Assembly (NCBI GenBank): GCA_010015805.1
Contig: ML978126.1
Location: 186,001-250,000, forward strand
DNA length: 64,000 bases
Source of the DNA: Rhizodiscina lignyota
Lineage: Eukaryota
Direction of reading: 5' to 3'
Shown here: piece by piece, positions 41,493 through 54,374 of the stretch
Numbering within the stretch: position 1 is the first letter of the stretch
Layout of the letters: each line of letters starts with the position of its first letter
Position numbers and translations under genes: made by a program
The notes under the pieces: generated by a model
The model's database searches: none
What the model saw: only the letters and a program-made list of their open reading frames with translations
What the model was told of the DNA's origin: nothing

Positions 41493-42369
41493 TTTCCCCG
41501 CATCGTTCTCGGCTTGGGTTTCGTTCGTGGCGTCTGGCTTAGAAGCATCCGCACGCACGTGCTGCGTGCATCATGACTTTTTAGATGTTTTAGTACAAGA
41601 TACTCCACTTCGTTCGTGTCGATATTAGCAACATACCCGCTCTGGTAATGCATCGGGTTCTCGTCTGGTTGGGTCTGCGGAGGATCGCTTGTGGTTGGCT
41701 GGCCGCCTGCAGCGCTGTTGCTCACCTCGAAGCGCCCTGGGGGTAAGATATCCAGCAGTATAGCGCTAGAACTGTATGAATAGGACGGTAATCCATAGAG
41801 TATACCAGAACTAGAGACCAAATATTCAGCACGGCAGTGAGAAAGCTCAGCCTTTCTACGTATTCGTCAATAGGATACCGAGGACACCGAGGAGCCATCG
41901 AATCTTAAATCCCAACAGGGGCGGCGATCAGTTTGAGTGGGCGTGGATGAACAAATTAAACGTCTAGTTGACTGCTCTGCGCCACGGACGCCGCTAAATT
42001 AAAAGGCTTTTTGAAAGTGTATGACCCGCACGCTGAGGGAGACGACCGTATGTACACGACACGCCGTGCTCACTGGTAAACCCAACCCGCCCATTAGATT
42101 CCCCTCGTATCGTATCGAGAACTGAAGCAACCGTCGCCCAAATGCCGTACACGAACGATATCATGTACTCCGCTTTGCCATCGCCAGGATTTTTCGCGTC
42201 TCCGCCGTAGTAGCCGCTCGTGATACAGACCTCAGAAATCACCCGCCGCGAATGTTGACCCGCATGCCGCTCGCCGCGACTAGTGTCGCGTGCCAAAAAC
42301 GAGACCTAAAAGAGAGAAAAAGAAAAGTCTCAGCCCCCGAAGGTAAACCAGAAAAAGCCCACAACAGCA

Positions 42370-43560
42370 TTATTTGTTGCGGAGACCGAAATACAGACCC
42401 AATACGAGCGCGAGGATGCAGATGATGAGCACGCAGATGCCCAGGCACCACCACTTGAGCTTGCGCGCGTTGCGCGCGCTCTTGATGCCCTTTGTCAGCT
42501 GCACGTTCGCCGCCTCCGTGTCGCCCTTGACTTGCGCCGTCTGCTCCTCCGCGGCCTGCACCGCCGGCTCCTGGATCACGACCGCCTCGGCGAGGTCGCT
42601 GAAGAGCTGGTTCAGCTCGATGAGCGTCTTCTCGATCTGCTGGATGTCTCGGTGGCGCGCGCGGACGGCGCCGAGCACCGACGAGGCGTGGCCGGAGCGG
42701 TTCGATTTGAGCTGTAATCGAGTTGTTAGCTGCTGTTCTCAATTCTCGAGTGGTGTGCTTGGGGCTTGATAGAATCAAGTGCTCACCGCGGTCTGGAAAA
42801 CGCCCTCGTTGCCCCAGTCCGCATCTGCTGCCTCGTCCACCTCGTCGTCGGTCGCCTCCGGGTTGACAATCTTGTACTGGCGCTTGATCTGGTCGCGGTA
42901 CCGCTGGCCGTACTCCTGCTCCTCCTTGCGGAACTGCTCGAGCTGGTTCTTGAAGCTGTTCTTCAGGCTGCGCACCTGGCTGTCCTTGGTCGAGTTGCCG
43001 GGCGAGCGCTTCGAGTCGACCTCGAGCGCGCGGATCTCGTCTTTTATGCGCGTGTTCAGGATCTGCGTGTTCGTCGTCACGCTCTCCAGCTGGCCCGACG
43101 CGCCGCTGTCCGGCGAGCTGAAGACGCGCTGGTGGATCGTCGCGATCGACGACACCTGCGACGAGAGGTTGTTGATCTCCTGCCGGACCGCTTCGACGCG
43201 CGCGAGGAAGTCCTGGTTGCTCATGGGCGCGCCGCGTGGTGCCTGGACGACGGCCGTGTTCTGGTGGGTGACGGGGGCGGAGTAGTTGGATTGCGAGTAG
43301 GCGGAGGTCTGCTGGGAGAGGCCGCCCTGCGGCTCTGGCGCACCTAATGTTTGTCCCTGAAGCTCTAATTAGAGATCGATCGAGTCCCTGTGCAGTCCAG
43401 CTGCTCCGCTGTGAGTTTCAGGCGGACATACTTGACCTCCATATGGATTCTCGCTGGCATAGGGATTGCCGCCGTACTGGCCGTACGACTCTTGCCGCGA
43501 CTGTCCGTACTGCGCCTGAGGTGGCTGGTCGCCATATGGATTTTGTTGACCGTAAGACAT
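42370..43560 (-). CDS. SSO1: Plasma-membrane syntaxin (Qa-SNARE) Sso1/2
   Basis: Habc helices, RQYKIVNPEAT, SNARE motif RARHRDIQQIEKTLIELNQLF, KSARNARKLKWWC and a C-terminal TM; two introns. Confidence 0.93.
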
Positions 43561-44576
43561 GTTGCTTTGTCGTTCAATTCGGCGTCTGTGCCAAGGTGTT
43601 CGAGGGAGCGCAATGCGCAAAGCGGACGACGCGGGAAGCTCGAACGCGGCAGCGATGTAGTTAAGGAGAGGGCAAAGGGGTTGAAGCTTCGTTTGTAGCG
43701 CCTTCGGTGAATGGGAGCTGTCAGTTGATGGGTAGAGGCGTAGTGAGTTGAAAGACTTACTGATCGTGTTCGGGAGCGGTCACAAGTGTCAGCAAGGCTC
43801 GAGTTGGTTATATCACGGGCCCGGCTCGGCGGCGGGACTCGCACGTCAACCCACAGAGGCGCAGACGTTTAAACGTACTCGAGAGACAGGATACAGTATG
43901 CAGCCGCCTCAGAATAGCCTAGTGGCGTGTGTCATCAAGCCACGAGGCAGCAGTAGGTATTTATCTCTCTCCTAAAGGCCGCCTCTCCAGAAATCGTATG
44001 TTTTGTCTCAGAATATGTAGCTTCTTCGTCGTCAAAGTCAAGCTTTCCGAGGACATGGTAGGAATTCTTTAGCTCCATGATCTTGGTTCTTAATCTAGAA
44101 TTCGAGATCTGTCACACTGTTGGTCGTTCAAATGTACGAACGCGTCTGCGTCTCTGTACTGCTCTACATTCCAAAGTTGCCAGACAAGCACATTCCTTAC
44201 ACCCATCTTACGACATGGCGGAAGCCATGGAAGGAATGCTTGCAGTTCGAAAGATTAGTTTAGGCGATTGCGGCTCAGAGAAGCTTCACAGAACAAAGAA
44301 GATCCGCAACACAAAGAAGACTCGGCGCTAGTTATATGCATGTGTACTTCCTGCCTATCGAGCCCTATTTTAACAAATTGATCCAGGCTCATTGGCCTTG
44401 TGAAAACCCATCGTATCCATTACCTCATTTACAGTTCGCCATACGCCTTGCACAAGCTATTGTCGTGTCGAATGGCGACAAGAGCGACTAGTCCATTGAA
44501 AGCGTGGCGTATCGTATTCGAGTCTTTGCAACGCTGGCCATGAAACGCGCTCCCTCATCGAATACACCCTATCTTC

Positions 44577-46828
44577 TCACTCGCGCTTCATCGTCTCAAC
44601 TTTCAAGGCCGTCTCTTCGCTGACATAGTTGCTGCCTTGGTCGTTCCCAAATAGTGGCTCATCGCCCTTTCCACCAAGCTGCACAAACTCCTCGGGGTTC
44701 CTCTTCGCCGCCGGCGTCTGCTCTTTGCCTTTCTTGCCGCCATTCTCCTTGCCACTGCCGGTCTTCATTTGCGCAGCCGCGGTGGCTTGGTGGCTCGCCT
44801 TGCCCTGATTCTTCTCGAAGATCTTGACTGGAGACATATCCTCGCCAAGCTCCACGACCTGGGTGATCTTGACGTCGTTGATGGCGCTGAGCAGCGTGCG
44901 CTCCCGAACCGCCTTGCGGCGCGAGAAGTCGAGGTGCGACATCGCGCCAGTTAGACCGTCAGTCGAGTCAACGCTCCTGCCGACAAGGCTACTCGGATCA
45001 GAATTGGTGAGCCACGGATGCATCAGGCACTCGTCAATGGTGATGCGTTCATCGACGTCGACGGTGAGCATGCGGTCGATGAGATCTAGAGCCGGGTCGC
45101 CAACACTATCCCAGTACGGAGAGGGATAGTCGAAGCGGCCGGCAAGGATTTGTTGGGCCAAAGTGTACGGGTTCTCAGCAGTGTAGAGCTCGTCGCTGAA
45201 TGGCGGGAAGCCACAAAGACAGATGTAGAGCACAACTCCTAGAGACCAAACGTCAACGGCACGAGTGTAGCGGCGGTGGTTCGAAGTCTTGAGGATCTCT
45301 GGAGCGACGTAGGATGGCGTGCCGCACAAGGTAGTTGTGAACGACTCCTCGCCGATGATCTTAGCGAGACCAAAATCGGCAAGTTTAACCGTCAGGTTCT
45401 TGTCGACGAGCAGGATGTTCTCGGGCTTGATATCACGATGCACGATATTGCGCTCGTGCTTTTTCCCTTTTAGTTAGTAACTCAGAGTTCAACACGTTGT
45501 GGAAGGCGCTGCTCACAAGATACTTGACGGCTTGAAACAGCTGCACAAACACCCTCCTCGTCTCCTCCTCGGTTAACTTCTGCTTCATGACGATCCAGTT
45601 GAACAGCTCGCCCTCGGGTGCCAACTCCAACACTAAGTATACACCGTCATCCTCGTCAAAGGTGTCCTTCAGGCACAGAAGGCTCGGATGACTGACACCC
45701 ATGAGCACCGCAATCTCCTGCTGCAGTCCATCTACTTGACTGCGGGCCTTATCTCCCGATCTCTTCTCGAACTTCTTGACCGCGTATCTCATTCCAGTGC
45801 ACTTCTCAATGCACAGATACACGCTGGCAAAATGACCCTTGCCAAGCTGCTCCTGGATACTGTACTGCTGCGCGAAAGCGGAGGTATTACGGGTACGAGG
45901 GTATCGGAAGTAGCAGCGCGCCTGGTCGACAATGCTTATCTCGTCACCATCCTCAAGTTCTCGACGCTTGTTACGGCCAACGATGGCATTGTTGACGAAG
46001 GTACCATTGGTGGAGAGATCCTCGAGCACGGCTACCGAGTCTCCTCCCTTATTCTCAGGAAACAAGAGGCAATGACGATTCGAGATGGTAGGAAGATCAA
46101 GGATTCGGTCTGTTGCCAACAAGCATTAGCCGGTATTCCCGAACATTGATTTACTCAATCCAGACTCAATTATAACTTACCACATTCAGGATGTCGGCCG
46201 ATAAGATATCCTCCTGAAGCAATTCCCTTGATCTTCTCCTTCTCATACTCGTCCTCTTCACGCTCGTACGTCTTCTTCGAGACCTTCTGCCGACCATCCT
46301 TCTTCTGCGACTTGGTGTTTGGAACGGGGCAGGCGGACCTCCGCTTCAAGACCATTGTCTCGCCGAACTTGCGATCTGCGGCCACGAGGTAGCCCCAGAC
46401 ACCCTCACTCTCTTCATCTTCAACCTCGTAGAGTCCCTGCGGCGGATACACGAACTGCGAGAATGGCTGCGTGTCGGACAGCGAGGGTGAGAGGTTCTGG
46501 GAAGGCTCAATCTGACTGGGAGGAGTACGAGTGCCACCTTGCGAGTCTTTGAGGTCTTCGGTAGCAGTGGAATCGCGATGGGTCACAGGTGACGGAAGTT
46601 GTGTGTTTTCTTGAAGACGCGCCGATCGTCGAGGCTTTTTCACTTCGCTCTCCTCATCACCGTACGAGCCCTACATTTCAGGCACCGAATCAGCCACGTC
46701 TCCATAGGAGGATGGAAGCAGCATTTGGGTATAGAAGCACGCGGCCAGGTAAGTGTTGAGGTTCGCAGCTCTTCCCAAAAAATTCGAACACTTACCAGAG
46801 GGCGCTTGGAACGACTCGGTTGTACCAT
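44577..46828 (-). CDS. CHK2: FHA-domain checkpoint kinase Chk2/Cds1
   Basis: N-terminal TQ/SQ sites, FHA (GYLIGRHPECD..ISNRH..DLSTNGTFVN), kinase LGKGHFASV, HRDIKPEN, DFG and CGTPSYVAPE; three introns. Confidence 0.92.
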
Positions 46829-47063
46829 CTTGGCCGAGGTCTCTTGAGGGATTCGAGTATTCCAGTAGGTTGCAGGAGAACAAGAGTAGGTAGGAGGAAG
46901 TTAAAAGGACATGATGCGTAATACGCGTGCAATTGAGTGTTAAAAGAAAGTTTCGGATGACGTGGTGGGGGCTTGCAGCGTGCTCTGAGCTTCGAACACT
47001 GGCCAAAGTCACGACTTTGCATCTCGCGCGCTGATGCCTTGCCATCCGCGCTCTAGTCGCCCT

Positions 47064-47077
47064 TAACCCTAACCCTA
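47064..47077 (+). promoter_or_regulatory. Telomere-repeat-like motif TAACCCTAACCCTA upstream of CHK2
   Basis: 2.3 copies of the TTAGGG complement about 240 bp from the CHK2 ATG. Confidence 0.35.
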
Positions 47078-48982
47078 TCGGCGGAGTCTCCTCCACATGC
47101 ACGCCCCAACCACCAAACCCCTCATCGGTCAGTCTGCGGCCAAATATATCCAATAATCCCTTCCATCCCCTGTGACTAGCGAATCTAGTGCCCTTTCTTG
47201 TATGTTCAAGGCGGAGAAGCGTAGCTTGAGATCAGATCGATTGAGTAACGAGTTCGCCCGGGAGCTCGGCTGCAGCTCGGAATGCTCACCTACTTATACA
47301 CCTACTTATACACCCACAATTCCACTCACACCAACTCTTACTTCCTTTTCGAAGCCCTCACAGCAAATTGAGCACAACTTCACGCTTCCAACTTGCCAAG
47401 ACGAAGCACCTTGGTACAGCCGCGGCTTGATAGAGGTCGTTCGTTCCTTCGAGTGTGGGGTTGAGGGATCACTCCACGTCGCGGAGGAAGAGGCCATCAG
47501 CCTTAATCACGGGTTCCCGTCCCAAGACCTCACTCGTTCACGATTTGGTCACATCAGTCCAATTGACGCCTCTCGAACAACATAAGACTTTGGAAGGCCA
47601 GATGATATGAACGTTCAGCCGAGTAGTGACGGCTCAAGCTTCCTTCCGGACGATTGACTGTAATACGTTCGGCATTGACGTCCAGCTGCATGGGCCTTTT
47701 TCTAATAGCTCATGACTGTACAGATGACGCTCCTGATGGATGCACTGACCCGTACTTACCAGATCTTCCATTTCTAATACATTTCGGTGCCATGCTTCGT
47801 TTTGTACATGCTTCCCTGCTTATGATCATCGTCGGTGCACTTTCTTTTTCGGCTCTGCGGCTCCTAACTCCCCGCCATTGTGCGGCGTTTTACATCTCTG
47901 TCCACAATATCTATCCAATTGCTGTGAGCATTCGTGTCTTCCCGCAATTGCGGCTGCGAAGGAATATTGGTATGGTAATCTGCATATTCTCCAAAGATGC
48001 AAGGCGTTCATAGGGCATGCAGGACCGTATCGCCTCACACATGGACGCGGACATCGGTGACCGGTGCTTTTCCGTGAGCACACCACTGTCGGAAAACCAG
48101 CAAGCTCGACCACACTGCAGCCACGAAGGGAGACCAACCCTCGTTGAGTGTCATGCGTCGAGCGTCCAGGCCCAGATCTGAGACATGGTTCGGCAATTGA
48201 CTGCCCACGTGGTACCCTTCCAAGCACTGAATCATCTCACCGTTGTCGCTAGCAAGAGACCACGATGAGAGAGAGCAGAGCCTCCCCTCGGCACACCGAC
48301 ATTCTGGCAACCATCGTCATCATACCAGGACCTGGGAGTAGTTCGAGGCAATGCAAAACCGAATTACTGAGTCTCGGTATGTCTTCCCCTGAGAGATATG
48401 CCACGGACTTCGAAGTCCGATTATCTAAGCCGGCAACGTACCCATTCGGACTTTCCCCCGCAGAAGCTCTGTTCCACAGTGGATACTCCTTCAACTCTTT
48501 GCGTCCCCACACCCCAGAAACTGGGGTATCTGCATACGTCGTTGGAAACATTCGCTCGGGCCTTGATTTGCTGCGATAGCCTCAGGAGACCATCGAAGCG
48601 GATTTGATATTTTACCCGGTCGTAGAGCAGCTCATAGCCTAACTATTCCATGCCTGGCGATAACACCCTGTCGGCCAAGACATCAGTGGAATCCCCGGTT
48701 ATCACCACTCCACCGCATGCCCAAGCCGGCTTGGATACGCTCGAAATTGTAAGACTTCTGGCATCAAAAAAGGTGGATACCTCCTTACCAGCCCCCCGCG
48801 CACTCTGGCATGCGGCCATCTCCCCGTTCGCTGGGAGTATATGAAGTATCATGTCCCAGCCAAGAGTTTGTAGTTGAGCCGACGACTGCCGTTTGTCTGC
48901 CGTCCGTCTTCCCAGCTCTCTGCGCTCTGTCTGATCCCCTCCCACGTTTGGGCACCCCCGAGCAAAATACCGCTTAGCCACA

Positions 48983-50959
48983 ATGGCTGAGAAGGAATAC
49001 CTCACAGACACGCCGCCGCTGAAGGGGGAAGAGAGTAAGGTTGAATATGCTGCTGCACAGTACGATGGCGAGCCGACCAACGGAGAGCTGAAGACTTTGG
49101 ATCATGGCTTTACCGATGTCTACGACCATGCTACACCGGAGGAGGAGCTGAGAGTTCTACGAAAAATCGACTACAGACTTGTTCCCTTGCTTGCTTTATT
49201 GTATCTGGTCGCTTTCGTTGATCGATCGAACAGTACGTCTTTTCCTTGTTCTTGAGTTCAACGCACAGAAGATGAAATAAGGACTTCTCGAGAACGCCAC
49301 ATCTTGGCTTCCGGAAGCTTGTTAAGACAAGTCCAGTTCTCATCGTTTCCCTTGTTCCATCGCATCTTCACTCTTCCCATACCGAGAGAGCTTGACTAAC
49401 TCTAATTTTAGTCGGAAATGCCAAAATCGCTGGACTTTCCGATGATTTGAAGCTCGTGGGCATGGACTACAATGTGGCCCTGACCGTCTTTTTCGTCCCG
49501 TATGCTCTCTTCGAAATTCCCAGCAACATTGTTCTCAAGATCCTCCGTCCGTCCATATGGATCTCCATCCTCCTATTCTGCTGGGGTAAGTCTCTCTAAA
49601 ACTACCATGGCGTATTGAACTAACTTTAACGGCACACAGGTCTCGTCATGACGCTTATGGGCATTGTTAACTCCTATGGTGGCCTTATCGCATGCCGCTT
49701 CTTCCTCGGTGTTGCAGAATCAGGATTCTTCCCAGGAGCTACCTTTCTGTTGACTCTCTGGTACAAACGCTACGAAGTCCAGCGCCGCATGGCGGTCTTT
49801 TACGCCGCTGCTTCGCTGTCTGGCGCTTTCTCCGGCTTGCTGGCTTTTGCTATCGAGAGTATGAAGGGCGATGATGGACTTGACGGATGGCAATGGTACG
49901 AGACACCACAAAGCTGACGAGATGGCCACCATTTGCTTACCGAATATTAGGATTTTCATCATTGAAGGCCTGGTTCCAGTAGCTCTGGCGTTTGTGATCT
50001 GGTGGCTCCTCCCAGACAACCCGGAGACCGCAAAATTCCTCACAAAGGACGAGAAGGAGCTGATCATCAACCGTCTTGCTCTCGAAACAGGTTCCGGCAA
50101 GGGCAAGGTCACAAACTCGGATAAGATCCAGATGAAATACATTATCGCGGCGCTGAAGGAGTGGAAGACGTGGGCCGCCGTTGTCATGTTCTGGGGCAAT
50201 ACCATCGGTGTCTACGGGTATGTCTCTGGCTTCCGACGATACCACAAATCAGTACAGGCAGCTAATCAGGTCCAGTTTCACCTCGACTGTCCCCACCGTC
50301 ATCGAGCAGCTCGGCTACTCCTCCGCAAACGCCCAGCTCATGACCATCCCGATCTACGTCTTCGCTATGATCATGACGCTCATTTTCGCCTGGTGGGGCG
50401 ACTATGTGCAGCAACGCTCTCCCTTCATCATGGCAGGCTTCGGTATCGCTGCCGTCGGCTTCATCGCAGAGCTCGCCATCCCGCACCCGCGCCTTCCTGG
50501 CGTGACCTACGGCTTCCTATTCCCCGTTGCTGCGGGCTTGTACTGCCCATTCATCAGCATCGTGACCTGGACGGGTGAGTCTCACCAACAGAAAATTCCC
50601 TTGGAGAACACCGATATGCTAACCTTGCGCAAAAAGCCAACAACGCCGCACCCTCCTCCAAGCGAGCCATCGCCATGGCACTGCTCATCTCCGCCGGCAA
50701 CCTGGGCGGCATTGCGGGCTCGAACGTCTTCATCGCCGCCCAGGCGCCCGTGTACCACGTCGGCTTCGGCACGTGCCTCGCCAGCAGCGTCTGCGCCATG
50801 ATCACCGCGTTCGTGCTGCGCATCGCGTACGCACGGGAGAACAGGCAGCGCAAGGCGCTGCTCGACGAGATGGGCGAGGAGGCGATCCGCGCGCGATACA
50901 CCGACCAGGAGCTGTTGGACCTGGGCGACAAGGCCCCGTTTTTCATTTACACGCTGTAG
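48983..50959 (+). CDS. MFS anion:cation symporter (allantoate/nicotinate permease family)
   Basis: LRKIDYRLVP, FVDRSNIGNAKIAG, FEIPSN, RFFLGVAESGFFPG, WYKR and GWQWIFIIEG; terminal F.YTL. Confidence 0.94.
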
Positions 50960-51413
50960 AGGCACGGAATGTTTTACGAAGTAATGAGATGTATCTGTAC
51001 TGGTGCACTAGATGGTATGCGCAGCGTGGGGGCATTAGACATGTACCGTAGCATTCTCGACAGTCGCGGATAGCGGCGAGATAGATGATGATGCAGAATC
51101 ACAACATGTTCAGCGGATGAGAGTCATCAAGTTTCAATTGAGTTTCATAGCCAGATTATGTATGCTCCTATCAGAAGCAGAGCCGCACCTTGATTTAAGC
51201 CCCATCCAGAGGCCCCTAACAGCAAATCGTCCTCCCGAACTAATGCAAAACCCAGAAACCGAAGATTGTCAGAACCCATCGTATCGTATCTAGCGTGTAA
51301 GAACGCCCCATGACCGAGATTATTATGCTGCGCCCGTACCTTTTTAAACACCTGCACCTGCACCCCTGCGACAGCTAAACTAAACTATGCTTGGCGTAAG
51401 CAATTCTTTGACT

Positions 51414-54374
51414 TTAGCGAAGCCGCCTACGCTTGCGACCATTCTCAACCCCACCGTTCTCGCCCTCCTCGCTCTCCTTCGTCTTCAACTCAGCGGGAGA
51501 CTTGATAGCAATCGACTGCTCTTCCTGCTCCCTCTCCGGCGTCTGCGCCTTGGCAGTAACCTTGGCCTGAGCTTCCGCACGTCTGACGCAGTTCTTCAGC
51601 CCAGCCTCAAGTCTCGGCACCAGGTTGACCAGCGGCGTCTTGCCCCAGCCCTGCGCCACCGGGATATCAAAGTTGTTGTTGTTCTTCTTCTTGGCCTGCT
51701 GCTCGTTCCTCTTCTTCACAGTCTCCTCAACCTCTTCGTTCCACTGCTTGACCATGCTGAGAATCTCATCGGCGTTCTGGCTGAAGTGGTGAGAAAGAAT
51801 GCCGTCCCACACATTGTCTGCGCTCCGAGCACCTGGGGCGTCCTTCTCATCGCCCGATTTTTTCGCCTTCGACGCTTTCTGTGCCTTCTCTGCCTCCTTG
51901 GCACGCTTCTCCATGCCCTCGAGCCACTCCACCATGCCGACGTCCGTAGTGGCGCGGTAAAGGTTCTGGTTGTACGCACGGCTGCTAGCATCATTCTTGT
52001 TACTGCTCCAGCCCGGCTCGTTGTAATACGGCTCCGCACAGAACACCATTGCCTGCAAGCTCAGTAGAACCTGTAGAAGAGTGCTCTGGCCCGAGATCCA
52101 CGGCTGTCCCGACCAAGTGCCAAGCAGGGAGAGACACACTTTGCCATCATTGTAGAGGTTCGGATTCATGTTCTCCCGGCCATTGCCAGTAGTCTTGAAC
52201 TGCACGAGCGGAGGTGAACTGGGATAGGAGTGCGGGCAGAAGATGTCGAACTCGAACGCACCATGATGGTATGGTGTATCAGCAGGGCCTAGGATGAGAG
52301 CTTTGAGTACGTCCGGGCGCGATTCTTCGTGCCGAACGAAGATTCCAGGAGGAAGGGAAGTAGCAAGAGAGACACGCTCGACGAGAAGGCGCTTCATGCG
52401 GCCCGCAGGCGGATTATGGATGCCCTTGGCCCTCTCGCTGAAGTGATAGTTGAGGGAGTTGACCAGAGAGTCGTCTGGAATCTCCGCAAAGCAGTTTGCG
52501 CGATGCCAGGATTCTTCCTTCGATGCTGTAGTGGAGGTAGTCCGGGACATGGCTTCAGAAGTCGAGGTTTCCTCAACTTCGGTCTTGACCTTAAGCAACT
52601 TGGCAAGGTCTATGACGCCTTCACACAGAGTGAGCATTTCTTGGAATTCTTTCGTCTTGGACTTCTTGCTGCTATTCTTTGGATTAGCAGTGCGCTGGAA
52701 GGCCTCGCATTGCACGAGAAGCTGTTGCATATGACCCTCGAGAGGTGGTGACATCTCCTGCTCCGAGGCTTTAGCCTTGCCTTTGGACTTGTTCCCCCAG
52801 CGCGTTGGAGGTATCGATATATGTAGAAGGTCTTGATCTTTGCCAGGAATTGGCTGCTCTTCCAAGCAGAGCTTCGAAGTCTGTGGCGCTTTTGCAAGGA
52901 CGTTGAGGAGCTGCAGAAGAGGATCGAACGTCTCTCTAAGGCTGATCACCTCCTGCAGAGAATCGTTGCGCAAGCTTTCGGCCGCGAAATGGATGAGTCT
53001 GCTCTTCGCGATCATAGTGGGAATAACAGCGTGTTGATGCTTGGCGTTCTCGGGAAACATGTTATTCGTAATAATCGAAGGAATTAAGCGACCGAGAAAG
53101 GTAATTACTCGTTGGAGATGAGTCTCGTCGTACTTGTTGCAGGGGTTGACACCCGGGCTCCCATTTTCGATCTCTTCTGGAAATCCACTGTCGTCGCTCC
53201 AGCTACCCGAGCCATAGCTTCCGCTGCCACCATAGCCTGTTCCTTTCGGGTTGGGGAGGTTGTCGTATTTCTTCGATTTCGTTTGCTTGCGTGGGCTAGG
53301 AGTGGATGCCGCTTCCTCACGAAGGATCTCATCCAAACCACACAGGAGAATCCAAACGGTTAGAGCAGCGCCGGTAGCAGTAGATGGAGCTGTATCTTTG
53401 CACGAATGATTCTTCTTCACACCCGTCGCGGAGCACCAAAGGCAGAAGTGAGCAGAGCAATCAGCACACTCTATCGGGGTTAAAGTAGCCTTCTTGCCTA
53501 GGTATGGGTCAGTGTCACTGTTGTTGTGAGAATAACGCTTGAACTTACCCTCCGTGATCCACTTCCTCGCTTGCTTCATAACGTCCAGGCCAGTGCGAAA
53601 CAGCGGCGCATCTCTAGAGTTGACTTCTTTGGCCTTGCTGGACTTGGTGGGGCCATTCTTTGCGGCGCATTCTGGGCACTGCTGTTCTCTGAGAGCCTTG
53701 AGTACAAAGGTTTGCAAGACACCCTCCTCGGAATCAGAATCTACGGGAGACCGGCCGGATATGCGCAATGTCGATAGATTGTCGTCATCGTCCCGGACCA
53801 GAAGGTTAGCCACTACTTTCGTGACCTTGGACTTGACTTTGCTGGCAGTCTTCTTGCTAAAGGCAAATGGCTCGGCGAAGTCGAACTCCGGCGTGAACAG
53901 CGGGTGTGGTACGTTCTGATCGAAGAAGCCAGGCGGTGGTATTGGGGGTCCTCCTGTAAGCGGCGGGAAGCCTGCGGGCGGAGGAAAAGCGAAAATCGGA
54001 GCTTGAGGCGGTGGAGGCGGAGGAATCAACGACTGAGGTAGAGCCTGGGTGTTCTTCTTAGCATGGCGCGTGCGAGAAGATACAGGACCATCATCAGCTG
54101 ATGGCTGCGCAAGCTGTTGGATTGTCGGAAGTGGAAGTGGAGGTGGAGGTGGAGTTGGAGATGGGTCGAGATTGGCGTTCCTCGGCTTGAGCTTCCCCTT
54201 CACCTTTAACTTCATCTTGTGGAAGAGCGTTGATTTGGAAGCAATCAGAGTGGTGTTTTTCGCGGGTTGTTGATGGGTGGAAGTTGGCGAGGCTGAAGGA
54301 GCAGAAGAACTTCGCGGCGCTTCAGTTCGCCGAGAGAAGCAGTTCAGGGTCAGTTTGCTAGGAGTAGCTCCCAT
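51414..54374 (-). CDS. Large ubiquitin-conjugating enzyme (UBE2O/UBE2Z/BIRC6-like UBC domain) with N-terminal Cys-rich module
   Basis: ILGPADTPYHHGAFEFD, YPSSPP, NPNLYNDGKVCLSLLGTW and EPYYNEPG. Probable in-frame intron 53498-53548; alternative start ATG at 54215; basic C-terminal NLS-like RKRRRLR. Confidence 0.88.
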   Translation of the reverse strand: MGATPSKLTLNCFSRRTEAPRSSSAPSASPTSTHQQPAKNTTLIASKSTLFHKMKLKVKGKLKPRNANLDPSPTPPPPPLPLPTIQQLAQPSADDGPVSSRTRHAKKNTQALPQSLIPPPPPPQAPIFAFPPPAGFPPLTGGPPIPPPGFFDQNVPHPLFTPEFDFAEPFAFSKKTASKVKSKVTKVVANLLVRDDDDNLSTLRISGRSPVDSDSEEGVLQTFVLKALREQQCPECAAKNGPTKSSKAKEVNSRDAPLFRTGLDVMKQARKWITEGKFKRYSHNNSDTDPYLGKKATLTPIECADCSAHFCLWCSATGVKKNHSCKDTAPSTATGAALTVWILLCGLDEILREEAASTPSPRKQTKSKKYDNLPNPKGTGYGGSGSYGSGSWSDDSGFPEEIENGSPGVNPCNKYDETHLQRVITFLGRLIPSIITNNMFPENAKHQHAVIPTMIAKSRLIHFAAESLRNDSLQEVISLRETFDPLLQLLNVLAKAPQTSKLCLEEQPIPGKDQDLLHISIPPTRWGNKSKGKAKASEQEMSPPLEGHMQQLLVQCEAFQRTANPKNSSKKSKTKEFQEMLTLCEGVIDLAKLLKVKTEVEETSTSEAMSRTTSTTASKEESWHRANCFAEIPDDSLVNSLNYHFSERAKGIHNPPAGRMKRLLVERVSLATSLPPGIFVRHEESRPDVLKALILGPADTPYHHGAFEFDIFCPHSYPSSPPLVQFKTTGNGRENMNPNLYNDGKVCLSLLGTWSGQPWISGQSTLLQVLLSLQAMVFCAEPYYNEPGWSSNKNDASSRAYNQNLYRATTDVGMVEWLEGMEKRAKEAEKAQKASKAKKSGDEKDAPGARSADNVWDGILSHHFSQNADEILSMVKQWNEEVEETVKKRNEQQAKKKNNNNFDIPVAQGWGKTPLVNLVPRLEAGLKNCVRRAEAQAKVTAKAQTPEREQEEQSIAIKSPAELKTKESEEGENGGVENGRKRRRLR

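Noticed and set aside
48380..48440. CTGAGA resembling a TPP riboswitch upstream of a transporter
   Set aside because: The downstream TGAT..TAAT..GCG core is absent and there is no host intron.
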